DNA of 64,000 nucleotides from Octopus sinensis (taxonomy: Eukaryota). The notes beneath the pieces are model-generated. The model did no database searches, was not told the DNA's origin, and worked only from the letters and a program-made list of their open reading frames with translations. Positions within the stretch are counted from its first letter, which is position 1. Every line of letters starts with the position of its first letter. The stretch spans positions 21,452,001 through 21,516,000 of the forward strand of contig NC_043010.1 in NCBI RefSeq assembly GCF_006345805.1, given 5' to 3'. This document shows positions 40,484-54,902 of the stretch, piece by piece. The translations under genes were made by a program, and so were the position numbers.

Positions 40484-41720
40484 CGTATAGAAATCAATGC
40501 GTGCTGGATGGCGAACTCTCACGCACGTTTGGAATGGTGGCATGTATGAGTAGGTGTGCTTAAACCAACAATTTTCAACTTGTCAATGACGCTTGTCAAT
40601 GGCTGTTTTTGAAAGAAAATCTCTGTCTTCCTGGCGTCAACTTTCTCCTCTCCAATTCAACAAGGGGAATTCTGGGAAAATGGGATTTAATTCTTGTCTC
40701 TGTTTTTTGTTCTATTCATGTAAAAACCGAGACAGAAATCTATCGTACTGTCTTGCTGCTCTATCATACCTCAACATATATATATATATGGATGTGTATG
40801 CTTACATGTAGTGTTTATGTATACATGTATTTATGTGCGTATCGACAAGCATGCATGTAAGTGTGCAGATATATGCATTTATGTATATGTAGCTGTAAAC
40901 TTATGTATGTCTGCGTATATATCACTATGTGTATGTCTACGTAGGTATGAATATATATATATATATATTCTGTACTTTGTACATGTTTATATGGGTGTAT
41001 GTATGTATGTATGTATATATATATGTCTGTACGTGTGTATATGTATGTATATATACGTGTGTCTGTTCTACTTTTATTTTGGAATTTCTCAACAATAAAG
41101 CAAGAGTTAGTTTCCAACCTAGAAAAATGGTTCATTCATTGGAATTTCGCAAAATCACTCACGGTTTCTTCTTTATATTAATTCCATTGGTCATGATATC
41201 AAATACAACAAATTTATATTTTAAAGTAAATGTCAAGAAACATTTGGTTTCTGTTTATTTGAATAAATTTCTTGATGACAAAATATGGATATTCAATATT
41301 AGCAATGTAACAGTGATAAGGATAGAAATATTTAATAACTCAACAGAATGCAAATTCCTAAATCTTAAAACAGTCTCTGTCGGATTTTGTCTTTTGCACA
41401 CCTGGGTGTGGGTGGGTATTCATCAAATACGCTGGAACAGCCAGTCTGACTCATGGGAATCGCGCTTGCGGAGAGCCATTTCCAGCCCGATAGCAGTGAG
41501 CAAAGGATATTGTCCGGGGACCAAGAAGTCCCCTCCTGAGGGGAGGTCCCCAATGCTACAGTTCGACCAGAAAATTGTCGCAGAGTGACCGATAGTGTAA
41601 CAGTTTGCTTCTCTCCTTTTAACGAGCACCAAGTTACCACCGGAGGAGATATCACAGCATGTAGTATTCAAGATAAGGGGCCTGTAAATATTATTACTTT
41701 TAAAAAATCATTATTATTTT

Positions 41721-41925
41721 AGCTGGCAGAATCGTTAGCATGACAGGTAATATGTTTAGCGACATTTCGTCTTTCTGCGTTTTGTGTTCGAATTCCGCCG
41801 AGGTCGACTTTGACTTTCATCCATTCGGGGTCGATAAATTAAGTACTAGCTGCGTACTGGGGTCGATCTAATCGACTGGCCCCTCCCACCAAGTTTTGGA
41901 GACTCTGCCTGGAGTAGAAAAGAAT
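41721..41925 (+). mobile_element. SINE family B
   Basis: agctggcagaatcgttagca...aattccgccgaggtcgacttt...ggggtcgataaattaagtac. Confidence 0.8.
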
Positions 41926-42237
41926 AAGTACTTGATGTAATCAATTTTCATCCATTCCAATCCCATGCATTGTGCTTAAAGTAGAAAACTTTATTATTTA
42001 TATAATTTTTACGACCGAATCCTTAGAGCATCGGGCAGTGTTTCCCTTTTTTCGTACTGAAATTTTTGTAGTATCCAGCCAATGTTAACTGTGCCATGAA
42101 ATATTGGTAGAGGGCCTACTCCAAAATTTTGCGCTACGATTAGATATTCAGTATGAAAGTTATTTTGTAGCAGATGTCCATCTTGTGTAGTGTGCAAGTC
42201 TAAAATTAAAGGAAGTCAATATCGTACGATGGTGGAA

Positions 42238-42450
42238 GGCTGCGAGCGGGCAGAATCGTTAGCAACCTGGGCAAAATTTTTGCGGCATTTCGTCCGTTTT
42301 TACATTCTGAGTTCAAATCCTACCGAGGTCCACACTGCTTTTCATCCTTTCGAGGTCGATAAAATAGCACCATTTGTACATTGGGAGTCGATGTAAACGA
42401 CTTAATCCCTACCTCAAAATTGCTGGCCTGGTGCCAAAATTTGAAATCAA
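42238..42450 (+). mobile_element. SINE family B
   Basis: Same head and body, with tail aaattgctggcctggtgccaaaatttgaaa. Confidence 0.75.
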
Positions 42451-42951
42451 GACTGTGCGATGGATTACTTATGGCATATCTGAAAATATCCCATAAATAG
42501 TGAAATATAATTGATATTACACATTTTTAAAATTTCATGCTGAGAAAATTTCTTATATTCTATCGTGTATCTTATTTTTAGGTGATATGAGTCTATGGTT
42601 TAGAAACTTAATTTAGAAGTAACACCGCATATCTCTAGGAAACACAGATTCTGTAAAATACTTTTCTACTTGTATTCTATGCACAGCTCAAAGTGAATGG
42701 ATTTTGAACGATACCCATCGACATTCGTGTTCTTTCTTTCTTACGTATTCCTAATGGATTTAGACTAGTTTCTCAAAGATATATCAATCATTATACGCAC
42801 ATATACACACGAACATACACACGCATATCCGCTCGCACACGCATGCACATACAGGCATGCTTGAATATACATATATGTGTATGTGTGCATGTGTGAATGT
42901 CTGTGTGTATACACATAGCATATACACATACGAATATTTTTAAATACATAG

Positions 42952-43031
<80 letters not shown>

Positions 43032-43170
43032 TATACATATACACATGTATGCATATTCATGTACATATATATATATATATGTGTGTGTGTGTATACATTC
43101 ATACTTATACGTATGTTTATACGGTCGCTTGCAAATATATTACTATCTCTCTCTCTATCTCTCTTTCTCC

Positions 43171-43236
<66 letters not shown>

Positions 43237-46004
43237 TTGTGTGCATCTATCTGTGCGCTTATCCGCTTATGTATGGTTGTATGTGTACACATCTTCAAAA
43301 TGAAGATAAAGTAGAATGGTGTAGCCTCACTGTGTGATTCTTGTTTATTTTTGTCCGAAACTGAGAACGCACTTGAGTCATATCCATTGTTCGTTCTCAA
43401 AGTTATAGTGTGAATATTTAGAATAATATTCACTTACATCATGCAGATTTTCAAAACTGTTACCGCGCGTGTATACACGTATTCTCTTTATGCAAATATG
43501 TTTGAAAAGAGAGGCTCGTTGCTATGTGATAGAAGCAGATAGAGCAGAAGACGGAGCTGTTAATACGTTCTAAAGCTAAGAAATGAATATTTCAAGAAAG
43601 ACATTTTATTGTTAAACCTATTCATGTTGCATAATTAGTCAACTGAAATCTCGATAATAAATGTTTCGGGAAGAAATAAGAGATATTAATGAATGCGAAA
43701 CAAGTTAAAATGAGATTCGTTTCTTTCTATTATACACTCCAAGTGTGAAATATATCTTTACTTAACGTATCGATATTTTTCAGACTTTCCTACCTTCAGA
43801 AACACATTTTTATCAGAAACGTGAGTATTCTTGCCACACCGCACATACGTCCCTGAATGTTTAGCAAGCTAATGATAGCTTTCAGTTAACATAACTGGAA
43901 TTCATTAACAGGTTAAAACAACTTTAAGTTTGCATTCACTTGAAGCGAACTTCTATTGTGTCATATTATGTTCCGCTTTAGCGCACGTTAACAGTTGGAT
44001 CAGAGCAACTGTCCATAAATAATATAATTTATTATTCATTGACGCTCATTCAAAAGAATCCTATTATTTTCAATTGAATTGATTATACCAAATATCCAAG
44101 GTTACGTAAGCGAATAGTGCTTGTGTATTTCATGTACAATTTACTCGTACAACCTTGTTCATGAACAGAGATAACTAATGTTGTTCACACATCATAGGTA
44201 GAAATCAATTTCTTCTCCAAGAAGCATTAGAGCCCGCGTATTACTTCAGCTGTCAGCTTAGAGTTGAAGTAAAACATTTATAAAATATTGTTTTATTTTG
44301 CTCTTAATGTTGGTTTAATTTCTTTTCTTCATTTCCACTTCATAAAAATTGTGGATAGCTTGAATGACAAGATTGAAATAGTTTTAAAACCAAACGAAAA
44401 CTAAATAAATAGACAGAAATAAACAAAATATATACAGCAATCCCATTTGAAATTTATATTTTCGTTTTTACTTTTTTTTTCGTGTCAAAACATATTTCAA
44501 ATATAAAATGGAAATTTGTTTCATATCCATACACGTAAACGATTAAGTGCTCATACTTAAATATCTGTTTGTCAGCAATTACTTAGAAATATGAAGCAGA
44601 ATAAAAAAGAAGAGAAATATTAAAATCTCTATAGGAGATGAATTTAATCGCCATAATCTTGAAAGGTCTGTATGAATATAGTTGAATTGAAAACCATTTT
44701 AATACAAAGCACTCTGTTATAAATTCAACTGAAGCACGGTAATGAATAAATAGCTAGCTAAGTTGACGAACATTCGATTTGAAGGAGATATTTCAACACC
44801 TAAGGAATACCACATTTATATTTGGATTATGGATGGTAGGAGTTCATGTCTTAATAATTTTCCGAAACGTTTGTTTTGTTGGTTACATTCTTTGTTTGTC
44901 AGAAGATACGCTACTGGTTGCTAGGATATGACCATTTCCATAAAAGAAAGAATATTCAGAATGCATCCCACGAGTGCTTCCTACATATTAGATACGGGCT
45001 ATTGAGGAAGAGGAAATGTTCTTAAACACATTCGCTACTGGTATCAACGGCCTAAACAAACTAAGAATTTATGTTGAATATAAAAGATTTACGATAGAAT
45101 CCGAACATATTACTTTCCATAGGCACGTAAGACTTAACAAAGCAGAAAATCGTTTCCATAATCCAGATATAACTGTTTTTAAAACACCGTAAAGAGAAGT
45201 TATGAAAAATCGAAAGTAAAGACCAGCCATATTCATAAAACACATTCAAATTATTGACCGATCTGTGAGTTGAGATTGCATTGCCCCTTTTGTTAGAAAT
45301 ATAATGGTTTCTGAACCTAAGAAATAGTTTAGTCTTTACTATCTGGAAGAAACACTATTGCATATAGTCGTTTCACCGCCTCTAGTAACACTTAATGTAT
45401 TTCATATCTAAGAACCAGAATAAAGTACGTCCGTTACATACAAGGAAGAAACTGCTACGTATTCGTAAGACTAGCTAGAAATGGAAAGTGAATCTCCCTC
45501 AAAACACATATTTATCTTAGATAATGACGACCTTCATAATACTAAAAAATAATTTGACCTCATTTAATCGTAATAATATGCAGAGTCAGTTCTTGGATAA
45601 AAACAATAAGAACAAGCATAATTGGGTCATTGGAATTAAATCGCATTTCGACCATATTTAAATTAAAATCCGTTCCAGCTACATCACAGTCTATCATTAA
45701 TATCTTCAGCAAACTGAATTCCTGAATCAATGTGATAAATAAAGTTAGAGGATGAATCATTACGAAACATCTGTTGGCGAACTGAAAGTTTTCTCGACAA
45801 ACAAATTAAATCCTTAATTAGGTGTTATGGAAAACAGGGATAAAACACTAGAAGTTTAAGAGCGCAAACCTATGATTTCACACGTTATTGCACGTTACAG
45901 AGTCTATGTGAGACGAAATGACATGTATTGGTACCAAAGTGGTAGTTTGGAAGGATAATCAAAATGTAACATATAGAAGAAAGAAGAAATATTTCCTTCT
46001 CGAG

Positions 46005-46180
46005 CCATACCTGGCTCATAAGGGCCGGTTTCCCGGTTTCAGTGGCGTTGAAATAGCCCACGTAGACTGGACGACGATCCGTTGCAAAGTTGCTCATTTT
46101 TGCCAGGTGAACTTTTACTTGCTCAAGCTGCAACTCAGCTATGATTTTATAAACCGTTCAAAGTTGATCTTTCTGCCGTT
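46005..46180 (-). mobile_element. SINE tail fragment
   Basis: 31-bp identity with 52425-52455. Confidence 0.55.
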
Positions 46181-46483
46181 TTCTCTTCTCAAGTGATGTC
46201 GTACCCCACTTTATACAGGATACGAAAGAAAACCCTCCCATAATGGACACGGCCTTTGAAATGGCACAAATAAAGCTAAATTGATTGTAATGGTGTCTTC
46301 AAGGTGGTGATGTTACATCGTTTATTTTTCAGCTAGCATTTTGGTTTGGACCCGATTACAGCGAACATTCGCTGCACGAACGTTCACCAAGAATGGTTAA
46401 TCCCGGGTTTTTGCCTGTTTATTCAATGTGATTTTTCCTCTTTCTAAGAGAAAGATTTATGAGCAATATTTATCTGATATCTG

Positions 46484-46618
46484 CCGCCGAGGTCCACTTT
46501 GCTTTTCCTCCTTTCGCATTCGATAAAATAAAACCCAACTGAGCACTGGGTTCGATGTAAACGATTTACACTCACCCCCGAAATTGCTGGCCTTGTGCCA
46601 AAATTTGAAACCAATATT
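46484..46618 (+). mobile_element. SINE family B, 5'-truncated
   Basis: gccgaggtccactttgcttttc...gaaattgctggccttgtgccaaaatttgaaaccaat. Confidence 0.7.
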
Positions 46619-47329
46619 TAGCGGATATTTTTAGGATGTCCAGCAACCACGTCGAGACTTTATTGGAAGGGAACTTCGTTTTGAGTTTATATATTGTATG
46701 AAAGAAAGAGGCTGTCGACTTATTTCATTGGAGATTTAGCAGGGGATCAATATTTTCCCTTCAGAGATACTAACGCCGATGTAGAAAGAGACTCAAATCA
46801 CTCAGCCATATACATATAAAGAATCAATAGCTGTGCTTTTACACCTGCCTACACACGAAAAACATCGAAGTAAAAATAAATGAATTACTCAGTACTTTTG
46901 CAAAACCGTCAGATACGGAGGTTGGCTGCTATTTTATGCGCATCGGCAATGAGTTAACAGAGAAAAAAAATTATACCTACGCGAGAGGATAGAGGAATGG
47001 TCTCATTCTTGAATCCATTGAATAGCACGACGCCCGTTTTCTTATGACAATATTAATGAAGTAGGGGCAGAAAGGGGTAGGAGATCTAAGGATGACAAAA
47101 TAAAAAAAAAAATGAAGTAACGCAGAAAAGATAGAAACACGATTTCAAGAAAACAAACCCAACTTATTCTAATGTCAGTTAAAGAAGTGGAGCCCAAATG
47201 AAAGGATTCGCTTACCATGCACCAATGACGAAATAGGACCCAAATGTACGCATTACGATGCTGGCAGATGCGAGGTGGGGGGGTGGATCATTTAATTATG
47301 GTTTTATTCAACATATTCTCCTCTCATAT

Positions 47330-47452
47330 TCACATACTTATTGCAATGGTTCGTCAGTTTTTCTAAGCTCTGTGAAAGAACCCAGAAGGTTGGGCCCAAT
47401 CAGGCCTTTCACGATATCCTTAAAACCAAGAACTTTTCAGCATCCCTTCGTA
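47330..47452 (-). mobile_element. Partial copy of the same mariner MITE
   Basis: aggcctttcacgatatccttaaaaccaagaacttttcagcatcccttcgta is the reverse complement of the left end of 246-457. Confidence 0.65.
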
Positions 47453-47650
47453 TTTATTGAAAAATACTCGCAGAAATATACTAACAAGTGATGAGGAGCC
47501 TCAAGAGGATGTGGGATGTTTCTCCTCGCTTCTCACCTAGGATTATTAGCTCTAGTATAGACGGCGAAAGAGCGGTGAGATATGGTTTTTATTCAGCTTT
47601 AATACGTGTTTCCACCTGTGTGTAGATTACAAAAACCTAAATATATAGGT

Positions 47651-47815
47651 GCTGGAGTGGCTGTGTGATAAGTAGCTTGCTTACCAGCCACATGACTCCG
47701 GGTTCAGCCCCACCACGTGACACCTTGGGCAAGTATATTCTACTATAGCCTCGGGCCTACCAAAGCCTTGTGAGTTGTTTTTAATCGACGGAAACTGAAA
47801 TAAGACCGTCGTTTC
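47651..47815 (+). mobile_element. SINE family A head
   Basis: Matches 28848-29010. Confidence 0.75.
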
Positions 47816-47910
47816 ACAACCACTAACCTTAACTGTTCATATTCTGGATCTATAAATCATGTGTAAAAGCGTTTACTGGCTAAAAGAAGAAGCAAAACTG
47901 AAAGAGTCAT

Positions 47911-48087
47911 AACTGCGTCAGAAAAAATGCCATGCAGTATTTGGTCCGGCTCTTTAAATTCTGAGTCCATCTCCTACTTTTCATCCTTTCTGTGTTGATA
48001 AAGAAGGGTACCACCCGAGTACTGGGATCGAGTAACTGACTTGCCTTGCATTTTTGAAATTGCTGGCTCAGTGCCAAAATCAGAAGA

Positions 48088-48088
<1 letters not shown>
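47911..48088 (+). mobile_element. SINE family B, degenerate, followed by (ACT)n
   Basis: ttttcatcctttc...gaaattgctggctcagtgccaaaatcagaa. Confidence 0.55.
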
Positions 48089-48131
<43 letters not shown>

Positions 48132-48165
48132 AACAACTACTACTACTACTACTACAACTACTACT
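48088..48165. repeat. (ACT)n array
   Basis: Direct reading. Confidence 0.95.
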
Positions 48166-48849
48166 CTTGCCTTAAGTGGTTTTGAAATCCACCACCCCTG
48201 GTGGAATAAGTAGACGAAACTTAGAGGATGTGATGTACAGGCGCAGATCAACTGAGTTGAAAGGTGAAGGAAGGGCTGCCACCTCCGCACGAGTTTGCTG
48301 CATGCCATCTTCATTGTCTTCAACCAAGGCAAGGCAAAGTCAGAAGGCAAAACAGATGTTTACTACGTTAAAATACTTCAAACACTTACAAGGTCTTAAC
48401 AAGGTTTCTATATTTTATACTCCAATGAAATAAAATTCTAACCCCAACGCTCAAACAAGTTTTCTCTCAATCCCAATACTTTCTATATATCTTTTTATTT
48501 GTTGTTCTTCTATAAAGATCTTTATATCTTCCCGATACCATTAAAAACCCTATTTCATATTTACGCTTCCATCACTTCTAACCCTTACTGTTACACATGT
48601 AATGACATCAACGGTCGACTGCTTCGCTTTATTCCAACAGTCCTCAAATTCTTTCCTTTAACAACTTAGCTTTTATCATTAAATATTTTTATATATTTCA
48701 TATTTCATTTTTCTTTCTCTATTTGGATTGTTCGCCGAAGATCCCTCCAAAAACTGAGTTGCTTTACTAGCGGGATTTATGTTGCACCTGAGTCCTATTA
48801 TTGCTCTCAGTACTAGACACGGTTGTGTTAACTTCTTAATAATCTTCAT

Positions 48850-49700
48850 AGGTTAGGCCCCCGTTATCAGTATTCAATAAATTGCCAACATCACCCGCAT
48901 GATCTTCTTTAAATCCCGCTTCATGCATCATTGGTAAAAAAACAATTACCGATTCAGACTGTTCCATCCTTAACTACATTTGAAAACAATTTTTTTGCCA
49001 AACTTCAATAAATCATAAAGCTTCCAAATTCCAATGAACCTACGAACCTTTAATATTGTATTTTTGTATAGTGTTATGTTTTTTTTTTCAGGACTCTTCA
49101 TCGGTGTAGTGTTTGTTATCAATCAATTTCATCAACTGGTTTACAGTTCTTCAAAGATGATATGCCGTGAAAACGGAAATAACTCCGTGATCCATAATCT
49201 GCAGCGGGGAAATTGTGCCCGGTGGAATGGAAACGATTTCAGCAGATACCCAAGCGTTAAGAATCAAATTTTGAAAGATGCCTTGGTGCAGAAACTCCTT
49301 GGGTTCAAAGTTATACTCCACACCACGCTGTGACATTTAAAGGGAGGTGCCAGTGTTCATCGAACCGTCCCTGTATAACCCATGCTTTTCTATTAATTAT
49401 TCGATTAGGGAGCAGTGTAAAGATGGAGTCCTTCCGCATTAGTCTTGGGGTGCTGAAACGATAAACAGGCGGTTGCTGAAATTTCAAGTATCCAGTGATA
49501 TTTGTTCTAAACAACATTTGCTTTGGTGACATTTTCCTTATACAGATAATATTTTCAGATGATAAACCGATGTAAAAGTTATTGCAAGAGAAAAACTTAT
49601 TTACTAACCTACTCTAAATTTTCTCCAGTTAAACACACGACATCACTTAGTATGTCTGATGGTGTAGTTCTTTAAATGGAGCCCACTTTTATTATTTTAT
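48850..49700 (-). pseudogene. pogo/Tigger-like DDE transposase remnant
   Basis: NITGYLKFQQPPVYRFSTPR..LLPNRIINRKAWV and EIVSIPPGTISPLQIMDHGVISVFTAYH match DDE_1 motifs (NA.G..KL.P..VY...NPR; N.KAWM; LPPNTTS.LQPMDQGVI..FKAYY). Confidence 0.7.
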
Positions 49701-49821
49701 TGATGTCATACACCCAGGAACTAGTTAAAACGGAAATTGATTCAACGGGACATTGACTGCTGGCATTGTCATAAACGCTGAATTATTGTGGTAGATATGG
49801 TAACAAATATTGAAAGTGTGA

Positions 49822-50095
49822 AGGCGTATGGCCTAATGGTAAGGATATTGCACTCACGATCGCTAGACCATGGGCTCAATTCCCGTACCGTGCCCTCATA
49901 TTGTCTTCTTGATTTAAACACTTAATTTCACGTTGCTCCAGTCCACTCAGCTGTAAATAGGTCACCATGTTACGGAATAGTGGGGACATTGGTCTGCTCG
50001 CTTAGTCAGCGGGGTGGCGTTATTCGAAAACAAAAACAATATGAAACGCATTGTGACCAGCGGTGTAGAACAACATCCGATAGTCTGCTCAATGC
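49822..50095 (+). mobile_element. tRNA-derived SINE (family C-related)
   Basis: tggcctaatggtaagg head. Tail ctgctcgcttag.cagcggggtggcgt shared with 61900-61990. Confidence 0.7.
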
Positions 50096-50431
50096 TATAA
50101 AAACAGTGATAGTGAAAGTAGTCAAGTACTAATGGCTTTTATCGATCTGGAGATATAAACGACTAAGTCAGTTAAAACGTGAAGAGGCTTAATTGAGTTC
50201 ATCTGTGTGTTATGGTTATTGGTTCTTTGCGCATTGACTCCACATTCTTGCTTGTCGTGGCCGGGGAGTGTGTGCGGAGGAAGCGATTTGTTGTGCGGCA
50301 ATTTGGACACTGACTTCTTGGTTCTTTCTTCGAGCCGATTTTTGTGTTTATTTAGTATGTGTGTGTATGTGTATAGGTGTGTGTGTCTGTACGCGCGCGT
50401 GTGAGTATGTGTCTATGTCTGTGTGTGTAAT

Positions 50432-50490
<59 letters not shown>

Positions 50491-50714
50491 GTTGGGAGCG
50501 CCATCAGTCCTATTAATTCACTAGCTGGTTATTTACGGTTCCGAAGTGAAGAACGGCAAATTTGTATCCGACAGGTTTGAATTGAGGACACAAGTAGATG
50601 GAATATACACGCAAATCATTCTATCTGAGGCTTCTCGTATAAAATTTCCTTTTCCTTGTTATAGGCATTAAGGAATCTGATAAAAATTGAATTATAATTC
50701 TTGTATATTTGCCA

Positions 50715-50940
50715 GTGAGAGCACATGGCTTAGTGGTTAGGGCGTTGTTGCACTTACAATCGCGAGATCATATTTTCAATTCCTAGACTGCGTGGCGCGT
50801 TACCCAAAACATTTCCTCTCACGTTGCGCTGCGATCACTTTGACACCTGAAGCGTGGTAGACTTGTGCACCTGTTCAGACAAGGGCGATTTGATGGATGG
50901 AGTGAACGCTCATTTGTCGTCTTCGACGGGAGTGTCCATC
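50715..50940 (+). mobile_element. tRNA-derived SINE-like, degenerate
   Basis: gcacatggcttagtggttagggcgtt...ttcaattcc head. Confidence 0.5.
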
Positions 50941-52420
50941 ATATCTGTCCATAACCACATTTCCTGATATTACTTACAAAGCACAAAATCACTTCCAAAG
51001 TTACCCATTGTATGAAGGGAAACACTATAGTATTTAGATTTACATATAGAAGCGGAGGATTACAAATGTAAATTGGTCATTCTTTGTAATAAATAGCCAA
51101 TGTTGGACCAATTGTATAGTGCGTCGGACAAAATACTTGTCGCAATCAAATTTCCTTTAGGTTGCCGGACACAGTCACGACCAGACCCGAAAGTATTGTC
51201 AAAAGTTGGTTTTGTTGGTTGATTTGACGGGGAGACTTGGCTGAGTTAGTGAATGAAAATGTGAAGAAGTAACGGAACAACACCCGAGAACATTTAAGAG
51301 AAGGTTTTTATTGTTGCACTCCGGGTTTAACTGAGCTGCTCTTTTACAGATACTAAGCAACAATAATAACATACAAGGAGAGGCATAATGTTTGGAGTTA
51401 ACTGCAGGCTTACTGATAGAGAAACATGTGACCGGCCTGTCATAACTGGAAACAACAGCGCTATATTCGTGGCGACGGAGATTCGTGTCGACTATCTACC
51501 ATCTGTCTTAACTGTTTAGCTGTGTCGAGAATGGAGGCACAACGCACACCTGCTTCAACGTTCCGAAATTACCGCTAAAAGCACAAGGAGAAGATTCTAG
51601 AAGACTGAATGACGAGATGTCTTGACGCTGATTGGTTGCTTAATAAACCGATCACGTGAAACTACTGTGGTTAATCGTGATGCATGACCGCCTACCTAGC
51701 AGTTCGGTTTGAAATCACCGCTACAGTATCACGGATGGAGGTGAAAAAGAATAGTGCTTTCCACCTTGTGGCTACCATGGAGCTATATCCCAAGTTTCAC
51801 CTCTGAATTGACACAGACACACACACAAAAACACACACGTATACACACATAAATGGAGACATAGAGAGACACATACATGCATAACTGATTAATTATATGT
51901 AATTTGTGCATTTTGTGCTGCAGTCTTTTAAACTTCCGAAAAATTCTCAGGGGTTCAACTCTGAGATGCACTGAGCTCGCTTATGTCCTTGAAGAATGTC
52001 TCACAGAATGGTGCTAAACCAAGGACCAAAGCTTGCTAACAAAGTCAATCAATTCATCCGAAATAAATTACTCTCATTATTGATAGGGTGTACGATTTAG
52101 TTTTTATTATGATATGTTTGAAAATAAAATCAAATATGTAAAATAATTTCTATGCTTTCCATTTTAAATTTGCTCGAACGGAACTGATCGGAGAGTTAAC
52201 AAAAACAACGACGATAACATCCATTGACTTAAGTCAATAAGTGAGAGAAAGAGAGAGAGACAGAGTGACAGCGAAAGAGAGGGGGGTAGGAAAGGAGAGG
52301 GAGAGACAGAGTGACAGAGATAGAGAAAAAGAGTGAGTGAGAGTCATGAATAAAATAGGATTAATATATATTGTACAAAGAATGAGAAGTGATTCTATTT
52401 CTTGATGTTCCTTGTCGAGC

Positions 52421-52703
52421 TATGCCTGGCTCATAAGGGCCGGTTTCCCGGTTTCTTGGCGTATAGATTCCCCACCTAGACGGGACGCCGGTCCCTCGCA
52501 GGTGAGCTGCAAGATGCAGGAATAAAGAGTGAGAGAAAGGTGTGGCGAAAGAGTCAGCAGAAGTTCGCCATTACCTTCTGCCGGAGCCGCGTGGAGCTTA
52601 GGTGTTTCGCTCATAAACACACACAACACCCGATCTGAGATTCGAATCCGCTATCCCTCGAACGCGAGTCCGCTGCTTTAACTACTAGGCCATGTGCCCC
52701 CAC
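52421..52703 (-). mobile_element. tRNA-derived SINE family C variant
   Basis: Head homologous to 61714. Tail cctggctcataagggccggtttcccggtttc shared with 46005-46180. Confidence 0.75.
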
Positions 52704-53149
52704 GATTTCTTGATGACACTGTAAAAACGGATCATTGTGAGGTTTGGTTGCATTTTGTAAAAATAGACAATCAAATAAGGAAAATGTCTATCGTATATCT
52801 GAATTAAAGAGGAATTGAATTTTAATTTATGGTTGCGTGCTTGCTAAAAATGTTACAAGGGACTAAACACTTTTGTTCAAAAATAAGTCTACAGTGATGT
52901 AATTCTATTACTTTCAACTGTAAGAAGTGTAGAGTGCTGCCCAAAATAACATGGAAGTAAAAGATCGTGTACATTAAACTGTTAATGGATATGTGTAGGG
53001 AAGCAGCCGTTAAGGAGACTGAAATACAATATATTGAGCTAGAAATAATATATTTACAAGTGCAAACCTGAACACACACGAGCGCTTCAAGCGCACCGCA
53101 TATATTTCTGTGTTTCTATATATGCGTTATTTCATATGAGCGTATATAA

Positions 53150-53220
<71 letters not shown>

Positions 53221-53395
53221 TTATGTATGTATATATGTATGTATATATATATATATACAGTGAGAGAGAGAATGCGTGGGCGAGAGAGAGATAGAGAGAG
53301 AAAGAGAGGGGTGGAACAAGAGAAGTATTTCAATTTGCAGAAATTTAAGTGGAGTCTGTACCAGAATTTTCGTGCAATCTCTCTATTTCTCCCCA

Positions 53396-53473
<78 letters not shown>

Positions 53474-53824
53474 GTCTGTGTGTATATATAATTATATATA
53501 CACACACACGCATGCACACACACACACATACACACAGACATGCACACGCCTATATGTAGCAGAATAATAAAAAGAATGTTCTTGGTACAGTATTATATAT
53601 ATGTTTGAAAATATGCGGGGGATATGTTTTATTTTAATCTTAATAATAATGTTTATAGTGAGTTACTCTGATATGAGTTTTGAGCCGTTTCACTGTAAGC
53701 ATTTATTATTAAGATTAAAATAAAAAATATATTGTCCCCCCAAGAAAGACATCTCTACATATACACATAGAGCAGCGGCATGTGTGCAAAATATATATAG
53801 AATATATGTATATCTATATATCTA

Positions 53825-53888
<64 letters not shown>

Positions 53889-54370
53889 AATATATATATA
53901 TGTGTGTGTGTATGTGTGTGTGTGTGTGTGTTTTTGTTAATGTATGTGAGAGAGAGGGGGAGATAGAACGAGAGAGACAGGGAGAGAGAGAGAGTAAAAT
54001 AGTTATGTAACTTGAAAAGCTTCATAGTTACTTCAAAGATTCCCCTTAATTGTAATCGAATGGCTGAGGCATTGGATTTTCAAGCCATAATTATTCACAC
54101 ACACAAATACACCCTTACACACACACATTTATATATATATAAATCTCATTTTGTGAGAATATTTTTAAAATATGAAATGAGAGTTTGAAAACAACACTTA
54201 CCCTTATATTCTTTTTCTACTCTAGGCACAAGGCTCGAATTTTTTGGGAGGGGGCCAGTCAATTAGCTCGACCCTAGTATATATATCATAACCTACAATT
54301 ACTCCGGGTTCAAAGAGATAACCTGCCTTCCATTAGTTCATGAAAAAAGAAACCCGTGATACACACATAC

Positions 54371-54411
<41 letters not shown>

Positions 54412-54424
54412 CGAGGAAAACTTA

Positions 54425-54655
54425 GATTAACCAGCACATTGATAGGGCTACATTTTAAAGCATATTTATTGATACAATGAAAGACAATACAAACTTAACA
54501 GCTGTTTCTGATCAAAATACCAGAATGCAGTCTAGACATAAGTGCGAGAATAAAATTCTTCATCTTCATAGGGCATTAGAATTAGATTTGTATTGTCTTG
54601 CATTGTATCAATAACTATGCTTTAAAATGTAATCTTATCGATGCGCTGATTAATC
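54425..54655. repeat. Fold-back element with ~70-bp arms
   Basis: gattaa...ttttaaagcata.ttattgatacaatg.aagacaatacaaa pairs with tttgtattgtctt.cattgtatcaataa.tatgctttaaaa...ttaatc. The spacer has a GAAACAGCTGTT half-motif on the minus strand. Confidence 0.7.
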
Positions 54656-54860
54656 TTTTCTTTTCTCCATTTTCTAATTATTTGCATTGGTTCTTCCTGC
54701 TGTTACCTGCGCTCGACGTATATGGTGTCCTTACAATCTATTGTGTGGGGTTAATACAGGTAACGGATACTGATAGTATATACGGATATTTTATCCCTTA
54801 GTCGGTTACTACAACTGCTAACTCTCTCTCCCTCTCTCTCTCTCTCTGTATATATATATA

Positions 54861-54902
<42 letters not shown>

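Noticed and set aside
40929-41588. 219-aa ORF
   Set aside because: It starts in a microsatellite and crosses AT-rich non-coding-like sequence. Only the GC-rich 3' end is kept as a low-interest finding.
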